A stretch of DNA of 32,000 nucleotides from Candidatus Parvarchaeota archaeon (lineage in GTDB: Archaea; Nanobdellota; Nanobdellia; B33-G15). Where the stretch lies: assembly GCA_017608385.1 (NCBI GenBank), contig JAFCFZ010000005.1, positions 28,609 through 60,608 on the forward strand, given 5' to 3'. Of the stretch, positions 17,001-24,689 are shown one piece after another (position 1 is the stretch's first letter; every line of letters begins with the position of its first letter). A program made the position numbers and the translations under genes. The notes under the pieces are model-generated. The model ran no database searches. It saw nothing but the letters and a program-made list of their open reading frames with translations, and was not told where the DNA came from.

Positions 17001-17918
17001 TCAACATACTTCTCTCTCCTTTAGAGAACATATTGCTAAAGGAAACAAAACAGTTGAATCTCCATAAACCATAACTGTTTCTGCATTTTCCTGTGCTTTT
17101 CCCCAAGATTTTCCTTCCTCTAAATTAGCTCCAGAAACACTTCCATCCCAAAAAGGAGATGCTGTAAAATTGACTGCTGCATCTAGCCCTTCTCTTAAAA
17201 CATTGCATGCAAGTGCAAAATGCTTTGGAACACCTCCACCTAATATTATTGCTCCTACCTTCTCCTTTTTTTCGAGTAAAGGTGGAATTGTTAATAAATC
17301 GGAAGTAGAATCCACAATTAGTTTATTTTCTTGGTTGAAAAGGGCTAGTTGCAACCCCAACATAGAATCTTGAAATCCAGGAGAAAATATAGGTATTTTG
17401 TTCAAAAATGCTTGTCTTACAAAAGAATTTTCATCTGGGATAGTACTCCCAAGTTGATTTGTGAATTCTCTTATAGATATTTGATTCTTTTCTTGACTTA
17501 TTTTTTTGAATGATTCTTGACACCATGTTTCAAACATCTCAAAGTTTTTCATAGGAATAATAACATTTCCTGCCCTTCCTAATCCTTTTTTATGCAATTC
17601 TTCATCATTTTCAGAAAAACTTGAGTAAAGATGTTCTCCTCCAATCGATTCAATAATATCATGAGTTATGTTAGCTCCATTTGTGATTATCATGTCTACT
17701 TTCTTGTTTTTAATCAAATCAGTGAAAATATTCCTCATTCCTGAAGGAACAAGAGGTCCTGAAAATGCCAGGATAACAAAATAGTTTTGTTTCCACATCT
17801 TTTCAATTAAATCAGTGGCTCTTGCTAAATTCCCTGCTTGAAGTCCCATATTTCTAAAGTCTCTTATTAATCCATCACAGGTCTTCTTTTCTGGAATAAC
17901 GTGTTCTATTTTCTTCAT
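17001..17918 (-). CDS. dhs: Deoxyhypusine synthase
   Basis: Motifs LAFSGPLVPSGMR, VDMIITNGANITHDIIE, ILGGGVPKHFAL and EEGKSWGK (catalytic Lys region) match DHS. Confidence 0.85.
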   Translation of the reverse strand: MKKIEHVIPEKKTCDGLIRDFRNMGLQAGNLARATDLIEKMWKQNYFVILAFSGPLVPSGMRNIFTDLIKNKKVDMIITNGANITHDIIESIGGEHLYSSFSENDEELHKKGLGRAGNVIIPMKNFEMFETWCQESFKKISQEKNQISIREFTNQLGSTIPDENSFVRQAFLNKIPIFSPGFQDSMLGLQLALFNQENKLIVDSTSDLLTIPPLLEKKEKVGAIILGGGVPKHFALACNVLREGLDAAVNFTASPFWDGSVSGANLEEGKSWGKAQENAETVMVYGDSTVLFPLAICSLKEREVC

Positions 17919-17952
17919 AATGCTTAGTGAAAAGAACCCATTAAAAATTTAT

Positions 17953-18426
17953 TCAAAGCAATAATGCAGCAATATATGAACCAAAATAAGCGGTTGCAAG
18001 ATAAATTATGGTTTTTCCTGTGAAAACAGCTAAAAAGAATTTTTTAATATCATAATTCATTCCTCCCGCTAAAATTCCTGTAACATCATCAGGTAAAGGG
18101 GTAGCAGCAAACACCATTATTGCAAAAAAGACTCCAAAAGTTTCTAATTTTTTCTCTATTTTTTCAACCCAAGTATCAAATGTTTTTGAAGCTTTAGAAG
18201 CTCCTTTTCCTACACCATAACCAACAAACTCCCCTATTGTTGATCCTAATGCTGAAACAATTCCTATCAAAAAAGGATGATTATATCCAGATAATAAAAA
18301 AGTAAATACTTGACCAGGAATTGGGATAAAGAGAGTGGCACTTGTTATTAAAGCTGTTAAAAACGCACCTAAGTATCCATAATTGGATGCTAGGAATACA
18401 AGGAATTCTGTATATGCCTCCAACAT
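17953..18426 (-). CDS. DedA/VTT (SNARE-associated) family membrane protein
   Basis: YGYLGAFLTALITSATLFIPIPGQVF and downstream TM segments, together with the size, resemble small DedA-family proteins. Confidence 0.55.
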   Translation of the reverse strand: MLEAYTEFLVFLASNYGYLGAFLTALITSATLFIPIPGQVFTFLLSGYNHPFLIGIVSALGSTIGEFVGYGVGKGASKASKTFDTWVEKIEKKLETFGVFFAIMVFAATPLPDDVTGILAGGMNYDIKKFFLAVFTGKTIIYLATAYFGSYIAALLL

Positions 18427-18467
18427 GATAAAGTTTTAAAACAAATACTATAATTAAAGTTTATCGG

Positions 18468-18539
18468 GGGCCGGTGGTCTAATGGTATGACGCATCCTTG
18501 GCTAGGATGAGGCTGTGGGTTCGATTCCCACTCGGTCCA
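18468..18539 (+). tRNA. tRNA-Ala (GGC)
   Basis: Hand-folded cloverleaf: GGGCCGG/TCGGTCC acceptor with G3:U70 (the Ala identity pair), CATCC-TTGGCTA-GGATG anticodon arm, GTGGG-TTCGATT-CCCAC T-arm, discriminator A. Position 37 is T, which is unusual. No CCA is encoded. Confidence 0.8.
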
Positions 18540-18541
18540 GA

Positions 18542-19264
18542 ATGAAAGTAATTTATGTTTTTGATATAGATGGAACTTTAATAGATGTAGATGAAGTAAG
18601 ACAAGGAAATGTCAATAATGTTATCTATGTGCTTGAAAAACATAAGGGAAAAGAATTGGCAGAGACGGTTACTAAATGGATGTATGAAGAAAGACATAAT
18701 ATCTCTCAAATAATTGAAAAATTAAAGCAAGATTTATCTGAAGAAGTTATTCAAGAATTAAGAGACTGTAATGATACTGCATGGTTTAGATATATGAACA
18801 ATGCAAAAATCTATGAGGGTTTTCATGAATTAATTGAAAAAATCAAAGAAAGAGGACATAATATAGGGATTTTGACAATTGGAAATCCAATAATCCAAGA
18901 AGATAAATTAAACTTCTTAAGAGAACAAATTCCTTTGACAAATTCAATAGATAAAGAAGATATTATGTTTGCAGTTCCTCATGGATGTTTCACAAGAGAA
19001 AGAAACTTCAAATGTTTCTCAACCAAAGAAGAAGCTTTATTAGAATTCTCAAAAAGATATGATGTTGTTAATTATATAGGGGACAAACCAAGTGATGTAT
19101 ACTCTGTTATGAATGCAAATTCAAAAACTGAAAAATTTATTCAAGCAATAAGGATTCGACAAGGAAGATATGGGAAGATGGAATTACCTCCTGAATACAA
19201 TCTAATAAAGCAATATGAGCATCTAAAACACTTTCTTAATGATTTTGAATCAGAAATGATTTGA
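18542..19264 (+). CDS. HAD-superfamily hydrolase
   Basis: MKVIYVFDIDGTLIDV is HAD motif I, which normally sits within the first ~12 residues, and IGDKPSDV is motif IV. The track ORF start (18515) lies inside the tRNA, so I chose the ATG at 18542. Confidence 0.75.
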   Translation: MKVIYVFDIDGTLIDVDEVRQGNVNNVIYVLEKHKGKELAETVTKWMYEERHNISQIIEKLKQDLSEEVIQELRDCNDTAWFRYMNNAKIYEGFHELIEKIKERGHNIGILTIGNPIIQEDKLNFLREQIPLTNSIDKEDIMFAVPHGCFTRERNFKCFSTKEEALLEFSKRYDVVNYIGDKPSDVYSVMNANSKTEKFIQAIRIRQGRYGKMELPPEYNLIKQYEHLKHFLNDFESEMI

Positions 19265-19309
19265 TTTTTGAAAAGTTTTTTAATTGTTAGTTATCTGAGT
19301 TTTTTAGGA

Positions 19310-19424
19310 GTCGGGGTAGTTTAGTTTGGTTAGAACGCTGGACTCATATATTCCGATATGTGAGTGCTGACTCCGGGATGAAGAAATCCAGTAATCGCGG
19401 GTTCAAATCCCGCCCCCGACACCA
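19310..19424 (+). tRNA. Elongator-type tRNA with CAT anticodon (Met or Ile2), ~37-nt intron after position 37, and encoded CCA
   Basis: GTCGGGG/CCCCGAC acceptor; CTGGA (19338-42) and TCCAG (19387-91) anticodon stem; loop CTCATA|...|A; TAATC variable loop; GCGGG-TTCAAAT-CCCGC T-arm; discriminator A followed by CCA (19422-24). The intron is approximately 19349-19385, with the boundaries ambiguous by 1 nt. It is not initiator-like because it has G1:C72 and no GGG/CCC in the anticodon stem. Confidence 0.8.
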
Positions 19425-19470
19425 TTATTCTCATGAATAAATAATTAAATGGTAACATCTCCTAAATTTT

Positions 19471-19632
19471 ATGGCGTCAATGTTTTTTTTAATGTTAGGA
19501 TTACTGGATGTTTTTGGAGCTTTACTTGCTATAGTTGCAATGAGAATGGATGTTTTAGAAACAGCTGCAATTTTCCTTCTTGCTTTGATAATTTTGAAGG
19601 GTTTGTGGACAACTATTACAAGTTGGATGTGA
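19471..19632 (+). CDS. Small two-TM membrane protein (53 aa), absent from the ORF track
   Basis: My own translation gives MASMFFLMLGLLDVFGALLAIVAMRMDVLETAAIFLLALIILKGLWTTITSWM*. This is far more protein-like than the overlapping Cys/Phe/Asn-rich track ORF at 19449-19640. Confidence 0.45.
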   Translation: MASMFFLMLGLLDVFGALLAIVAMRMDVLETAAIFLLALIILKGLWTTITSWM

Positions 19633-19664
19633 AAGTTTAAATATAATCAGTATTAAGAAATAGC

Positions 19665-19895
19665 ATGAGGAAAGTAAAAATTCGGTTTCCTATTTTAACG
19701 AAAATTCTTACTAACCTTGTTTTTGCAACAGCAATTGGAACAACTATTCTGGTTCTAATGATGACTTTTGCAGGATCATTGATTCAGGTTTTATGGAGTG
19801 ATGCCACAATTATATTGGGTCTTTTTATTATGCTTCCAGTATATATGACCATCTTTGCAATTGTGACTTGGACAATAATTCTCTACAATAAATAG
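19665..19895 (+). CDS. Small two-TM membrane protein (76 aa)
   Basis: The ORF has a basic N-terminus (MRKVKIRF) followed by two long hydrophobic segments. Confidence 0.5.
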   Translation: MRKVKIRFPILTKILTNLVFATAIGTTILVLMMTFAGSLIQVLWSDATIILGLFIMLPVYMTIFAIVTWTIILYNK

Positions 19896-19903
19896 GTGTA
19901 GTT

Positions 19904-20128
19904 ATGAGTATTGAAGATAGAGCAAAAAGACTAGATGTAAAAAAAGATTATGAAACCCAAAAAAGAGTGGCTTTTACTGTTAAGGATAAGGAAAGGAAAA
20001 CTAAACACTCTGTTTTTTATTCAAAAGACAAAAAAGAGTGGTTTTGTGATTGTAAATGGTATGCTACTAGATTTAATTCAACAAAAAGACATTGTGCACA
20101 TGTAACCGCTGCTAAAAATAGATCATGA
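19904..20128 (+). CDS. Small basic SWIM-type zinc-finger protein
   Basis: FCDCKWYATRFNSTKRHCAHV fits the SWIM signature CxC-x(n)-CxH. Confidence 0.55.
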   Translation: MSIEDRAKRLDVKKDYETQKRVAFTVKDKERKTKHSVFYSKDKKEWFCDCKWYATRFNSTKRHCAHVTAAKNRS

Positions 20129-20749
20129 ATCCAATATTTTCAGAATTTCTCCAAAGGTTTCTACTTTAAATGTACCCTTAACAAGATAATCTCCAAACCA
20201 AAATCCCATACCTACACTTTCTAACATTCTTAAATCAGTGATACTATCTCCTATTCCATAAGTGTCCTCTCTTTTTAGCTTATTTTTAGAGATATAATCA
20301 GAAATAATAGCAAGTTTGTCTGGATGAGATTTTAAAATGATTCCCTCAAGAAAACCCTTTTTATCAAAACTTAATTCATGAAAAACAACATAATCATCTG
20401 CTTCTAGATAATTTGCTGCTTTTGTTACTAGTATTGCTGGAGCATAAGATACTAAAACAGTCTTAAATCCTCTTTTTTTAAGATCTTTAACAAATTCTTT
20501 AGCTCCTTGCTTGAATTTCATTTTGTAATCAAAGAATTTGTTGAAAAATGATTCTCTAGGTCTTTTTTCTCTCCATTTTTCTGAGACTAATTTTATCCAT
20601 TCAGGGTATTTTCCTTCTCCTTCTGCTATCATTTGCCTATAATAATTATATTCTTCTTCCTCTGAAAATCCAAATATTCTATTTAATTCTCTCCAAACAG
20701 ATTTATGTTTCATTAGGCTTCCTTCTAAATCCAGGAATATAGTCTTCAT
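20123..20749 (-). CDS. HAD-superfamily hydrolase (PSP-like subfamily IB) with D-x-E in motif I
   Basis: MKTIFLDLEGSL is motif I with Glu at the D+2 position, and GIGDSITDLRML is motif IV. A cap-like helical insert follows motif I. Confidence 0.65.
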   Translation of the reverse strand: MKTIFLDLEGSLMKHKSVWRELNRIFGFSEEEEYNYYRQMIAEGEGKYPEWIKLVSEKWREKRPRESFFNKFFDYKMKFKQGAKEFVKDLKKRGFKTVLVSYAPAILVTKAANYLEADDYVVFHELSFDKKGFLEGIILKSHPDKLAIISDYISKNKLKREDTYGIGDSITDLRMLESVGMGFWFGDYLVKGTFKVETFGEILKILDS

Positions 20750-20788
20750 GAAGAAGAAAGATTAAGATTGACTTAAAAAAGTATCGAA

Positions 20789-21409
20789 TTATAAATCAAT
20801 TTCCTCTAAATGGAACTCTTCATGGCTTAATTTGTTCTTTATTTTACTTGTTTTCTTGATATAATACCCTAAAATTATGCCCCCAAAGAACCCTCCGAAA
20901 TGAGCATGATGGCCCACAGTAGAAGGAAAAAATCCTAAAATAAACTCTCCTATTGCTATAAAGGGTCCTGCTATCTTAACTTTAGCGGGTACAGAAATGA
21001 TTCCAATAGGCATAAGTGCTTTAGCATCTGGAACAAGGATTACAGATGCTCCAATCAATCCAAAAATTACTCCAGAAATACCAACTGAATAAGTAGTAGG
21101 TTCAAGAATTCCAAAAAAGAGAGTTCCAATTATTCCAGAGATCAAAGACAGTGTAACAAAGAATTTTGAACCATAATGTATCTCAATAAGATTCCCAAAA
21201 ATGAATAGACTTACTATATTGTAAAATAAATGAGGAACGCTTGCATGAAGAAACATTGAAGTTATTAACCTCCAAGGTTCTGTAAAAATCAAAGATAAAT
21301 TAAAAGCACCAACTGAGATATCTATTATTGGAAATATAAATAATAACATAGAAATTAAAATGAATAATATAGTCCATTTACCAATATTGATTTGGATGGG
21401 TTCTTCCAT
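20789..21409 (-). CDS. Rhomboid-family intramembrane serine protease
   Basis: MFLHASVPHLFYNIVSLF is the HxxxN motif, GISGVIFGLIGA is the catalytic GxSG, HHAHFGGFFGG carries the catalytic His, and there are about 6 TM segments. Confidence 0.85.
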   Translation of the reverse strand: MEEPIQINIGKWTILFILISMLLFIFPIIDISVGAFNLSLIFTEPWRLITSMFLHASVPHLFYNIVSLFIFGNLIEIHYGSKFFVTLSLISGIIGTLFFGILEPTTYSVGISGVIFGLIGASVILVPDAKALMPIGIISVPAKVKIAGPFIAIGEFILGFFPSTVGHHAHFGGFFGGIILGYYIKKTSKIKNKLSHEEFHLEEIDL

Positions 21410-21463
21410 ATTTTGTCCAATAACACTAAACTTAAAAAAGAAATGGATTTCTTACTCAATTAT

Positions 21464-21535
21464 GCTCCGATAGCTCAGCGGTAGAGCGTCTGCCTTGTAA
21501 GCAGAAGGTCGAGGGTTCGATTCCCTCTCGGAGCT
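21464..21535 (+). tRNA. tRNA-Thr (TGT)
   Basis: GCTCCGA/TCGGAGC acceptor, GCTC/GAGC D-stem, TCTGC-CTTGTAA-GCAGA anticodon arm, GAGGG-TTCGATT-CCCTC T-arm, discriminator T. No CCA is encoded. Confidence 0.9.
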
Positions 21536-21536
21536 T

Positions 21537-23150
21537 ATGAAAAAAACTATTTTCATAATTCTTTGTTTAACATTAGTTTTACCTTCCTTTGCTAAAGATT
21601 ATTACTTTGCTGAGATAAGCACAAGGGCAAATGTTTTGAATAATTCAGATATATTTGTTCAAGAAAACTATACTTACTCTTTTGAGGGTCAATTTACCTA
21701 TGTATACAGAAGTTTCTTTTTGAGAAACATTAAGGAAATAAAAGATTTCAAGGTTTGGAACGCTGAAACTGGCGAAGATTATGATTTTTCAATGACTTAT
21801 GATGGTGGAGATTTGTTATTTAGATGGGATATTGATGCTCTTAACGAGAATCAAACATATGTGATGGAATATGTTATTGTTGGTGCTATCACAAACTTCA
21901 ATGAAACAAATGATTATTTATGGTATTCTGTTGTTCCTGTTGATAGAGAAAAGAGAATAGATGATGTTATATTCCACATAAATTTCCCACAAGGAGTTGG
22001 AAACAGTATTCCTGTTGTTATGAGTAGAGATACTGAAGTATTGTCTATCTCTGACAGAAATTTCGTATTTTTTGTGGAAGATATTGAACCATATGGAACA
22101 TTTGATCTTGGTTTTTATATCCCAAAAGGAATGGTTGAAACTTATTTAACAATAACCGACATTCTCTTGATTGTTCTTCCAATAATTTTCACTGCAATTA
22201 ACATTATTTTTCCTCTTATTTTGGTATTTTTAGGTCTTCAGGGATATATGAAACATGGAAGAGATCCTAAATTTAAAGAATTTAAGAAATTACCAAATCT
22301 TAGACCCGCAGTAGCAGGTTATGTTGTTGATGAAAAGATCGATATAAAAGAAATAGAAGCAACAATTCTTGATCTATCAATTAGGGGATTTATTTATATC
22401 CATGAAAAAGAAGAAGGCACCATATTCAAAAGAAAGGAAATTGTTTTGGTGAAATTAAAGAGCTCAAAAAAACTTTTAGGTTATGAGAGTAAAATAGTTA
22501 GTGCTATTTTTGGAAATAAGAAAAAAGTAGAAGTTTCTTCTTTAAAGAATAAATTTTACAAAGAAATCCCAGATATTAAGAAATTTATTCAAAAAGAGGC
22601 TGAAAAGCTTGGTCTCTTTGATAAGAAAGAGAAAAAAAAGAGGGAAGAATACAAAAAGAAGTTTGTAGCTGTATTGATAACTTTCTTCATAGCAATCTTT
22701 GCCTTAACAGTAATTAGTCTACCTACCTTTGTTCTTGCAGCAATATTCCTTTTCTCAGGGATCTTGAATTTTATGTTTATGATAGCTTTATTTGTAATAT
22801 TTGATGATATTGTCAAAAGAAAAACAGAATTAGGAGTAGGACACGCAAACAAATATAGTGAATTAAGAGATTGGATGAAAAAATATCCTCTAAAAGAAGG
22901 AAGGTTATTTGATGAATATCTTCCTTATGCTACTTCTCTTGGAATTCAACGGGTTTGGATCAAAAAACTCAAAGATTTGGAAGGTGAGTATAAGAGTGGT
23001 TGGTATGGTGGAACATATAATCGTGCTAGCTTTTTAGTTCTCCACAATTCACTAAATTCCTCTTTTGCAGCTCCAGGAAGTTCGGGAGGTGGCGGCGGAG
23101 GATTTGGAGGTGGCGGTGGAGCAGGTGGCGGTGGAGCTGGCGCAGGATAA
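21537..23150 (+). CDS. DUF2207-like membrane protein with a signal peptide and glycine-rich C-terminus
   Basis: It has an N-terminal signal-like sequence (MKKTIFIILCLTLVLPSFA), an extracytoplasmic domain, several TM segments, and a C-terminal tail GSSGGGGGGFGGGGGAGGGGAGAG. This is the typical DUF2207 architecture as I remember it. Confidence 0.7.
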   Translation: MKKTIFIILCLTLVLPSFAKDYYFAEISTRANVLNNSDIFVQENYTYSFEGQFTYVYRSFFLRNIKEIKDFKVWNAETGEDYDFSMTYDGGDLLFRWDIDALNENQTYVMEYVIVGAITNFNETNDYLWYSVVPVDREKRIDDVIFHINFPQGVGNSIPVVMSRDTEVLSISDRNFVFFVEDIEPYGTFDLGFYIPKGMVETYLTITDILLIVLPIIFTAINIIFPLILVFLGLQGYMKHGRDPKFKEFKKLPNLRPAVAGYVVDEKIDIKEIEATILDLSIRGFIYIHEKEEGTIFKRKEIVLVKLKSSKKLLGYESKIVSAIFGNKKKVEVSSLKNKFYKEIPDIKKFIQKEAEKLGLFDKKEKKKREEYKKKFVAVLITFFIAIFALTVISLPTFVLAAIFLFSGILNFMFMIALFVIFDDIVKRKTELGVGHANKYSELRDWMKKYPLKEGRLFDEYLPYATSLGIQRVWIKKLKDLEGEYKSGWYGGTYNRASFLVLHNSLNSSFAAPGSSGGGGGGFGGGGGAGGGGAGAG

Positions 23151-23190
23151 ATGAATAATCTTAATAAAAGAGTTGTGATTAAAAACAGAT

Positions 23191-24447
23191 ATGCTCAAAG
23201 AATATATTGATTTATCTTACAAACCAAGAAGGTCTGATTTAATTTGTATGTTTAAAATCAAACCCAATAGGATATCAATGAAAAAAGCTGCAGCACACGT
23301 AGCAGCAGAATCTTCAGTAGGAACTTGGACAGAAGTAGGACCTATGAATGACAGAATCAAAAAAATGAGAGCTAGGGTTTTTGATATTGATGGAAACTAT
23401 GTTAAAATAGCTTATCCTGAAGTTCTTTTTGAGAAAGACAATATGGCTCAAGTGATGTCTTCTATTGCTGGAAATATTTTTGGGATGAAAGTAGTTAATG
23501 AATTGAGGTTAGAGGATATTGATTTCCCTGATGATTTTATGAGGATCTACAAAGGACCAGAATTTGGAATCCGTGGAATTAGATCTCATATGAAAATAAA
23601 GGAAAGGCCTTTTGTTGGAGCAATAATAAAGCCTAAAATAGGTTTGAAAACAAAACAACATGCCACCCTTGCTTATGAAACATGGATGGGTGGGATTGAT
23701 ATTATCAAAGATGATGAAAATCTTTCAAATCAAAGATTTAATCCTTTCAAAGATAGAGTAGTTGAGACTTATGCTGTTAAAGATAAGGCTTCTTCAGAAA
23801 CAGGAGAAGTAAAGGAATATATGCCAAATATAACTGCTGAAACAGAAACAATGCTTGAAAGAATGGATTTCATAAGATCACAAGGAGGAAAATATGCAAT
23901 GGTTGACGTTGTTACAACTGGTTTTTCAACAATTCAAACAATAAGAAAGAACTCAAAAGGAATTATATTACATGCCCATAGGGCAATGCATGGAGCCATA
24001 ACAAGAGGAAATCAAGGGATTTCCATGTTAGCTTTGGCAAAAATTTACAGATTAATTGGTGTTGACCAACTTCATATTGGAACAATTGTAGGAAAAATGG
24101 AAGGGGATAAAACAGAAGTTGTCAATATTTGGGAAAATATTGAGAAAAAAATAGTAAAAAAAGACAAGAAAGAACATATTCTTGCTGAAAATTGGGGAAA
24201 CATAAAGCCAGTTTTTGCGGTTTGTTCTGGAGGACTTCATCCAAGCCATATACCTGCCTTAGTCAAATCATTTGGAAAAGATATCATTATCCAAGCAGGG
24301 GGAGGAGTTCATGGTCACCCAGATGGGAGTAGAGCAGGTGCTAAAGCAATGAGGCAATCAGTTGATGCTGTAATGAAAAATATATCTTTGAAAAGATATT
24401 CTAAAAAATATAATGAACTAAAAAGAGCTTTGGATCATTGGAAATAA
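23191..24447 (+). CDS. rbcL: Ribulose-1,5-bisphosphate carboxylase/oxygenase large subunit, archaeal form III type
   Basis: AAESSVGTWTEV, GNIFG, KPKIGL, GGIDIIKDDENL (carbamylated Lys plus the D/E metal ligands), LHAHRAMHGA, LHIGT, SGGLHP and GGGVHGHPDG are all present. The catalytic residues therefore appear intact. Confidence 0.9.
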   Translation: MLKEYIDLSYKPRRSDLICMFKIKPNRISMKKAAAHVAAESSVGTWTEVGPMNDRIKKMRARVFDIDGNYVKIAYPEVLFEKDNMAQVMSSIAGNIFGMKVVNELRLEDIDFPDDFMRIYKGPEFGIRGIRSHMKIKERPFVGAIIKPKIGLKTKQHATLAYETWMGGIDIIKDDENLSNQRFNPFKDRVVETYAVKDKASSETGEVKEYMPNITAETETMLERMDFIRSQGGKYAMVDVVTTGFSTIQTIRKNSKGIILHAHRAMHGAITRGNQGISMLALAKIYRLIGVDQLHIGTIVGKMEGDKTEVVNIWENIEKKIVKKDKKEHILAENWGNIKPVFAVCSGGLHPSHIPALVKSFGKDIIIQAGGGVHGHPDGSRAGAKAMRQSVDAVMKNISLKRYSKKYNELKRALDHWK

Positions 24448-24448
24448 T

Positions 24449-24673
24449 TTATAATTCAATTACTTCAAAATAAATCAGCCACAATATCAAAACAGGCAAT
24501 AGGAATGCCATTGTCATGATTATCCAAAAAGCATAATCTCCTCCAACATAAAATGTTGCTTGACTCATCAAAAACCATGTTAGTATGAAAATGAAAGTCA
24601 TAAAAAGAGCAAGCCACATTGGGAGTTCAAATTCCTTTTTTTTACTGATTTTTTTCTTCTTGGCTTTTGCCAT
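24449..24673 (-). CDS. Small two-TM membrane protein with a polybasic N-terminus
   Basis: MAKAKKKKISKKKE is followed by two hydrophobic helices. Confidence 0.5.
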   Translation of the reverse strand: MAKAKKKKISKKKEFELPMWLALFMTFIFILTWFLMSQATFYVGGDYAFWIIMTMAFLLPVLILWLIYFEVIEL

Positions 24674-24689
24674 ATTTTTTATGGTTTCT

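Noticed and set aside
18515-18541. The N-terminal extension of the HAD ORF (MGSIPTRSR) given in the track.
   Set aside because: These codons lie inside the tRNA-Ala T-arm and acceptor stem. The ATG at 18542 places HAD motif I at its normal N-terminal position.
19338-19396. An alternative fold of the intron-containing tRNA as a type II tRNA (Leu-CAG). It would use TCCGG (19372-76) as the anticodon-stem 3' strand and GGAT/ATCC as a long variable arm.
   Set aside because: It needs a G-U pair in the anticodon stem, whereas the alternative has five Watson-Crick pairs. It leaves 8 unpaired nucleotides after the variable stem. The class I model with a 5-nt variable loop and CAT anticodon is more regular.
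19449-19640. The track ORF encoding MVTSPKFYGVNVFFNVRITGCFWSFTCYSCNENGCF….
   Set aside because: Its composition is implausible. The overlapping frame at 19471-19632 encodes a clean two-TM hairpin and is the better candidate.
23085-23150. A GC-rich GGN repeat tract at the 3' end of the DUF2207-like gene, considered as a possible independent repeat element.
   Set aside because: It is in frame and encodes the glycine-rich C-terminal tail typical of this protein family. It is not a separate element.
23191-24447. The possibility that the RuBisCO homologue is a form IV RuBisCO-like protein acting in methionine salvage with the nearby HAD phosphatases.
   Set aside because: The carbamylation and metal-binding motif KDDE and the other catalytic motifs are intact, which favours a bona fide form III carboxylase. 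The HAD genes are not adjacent to it.
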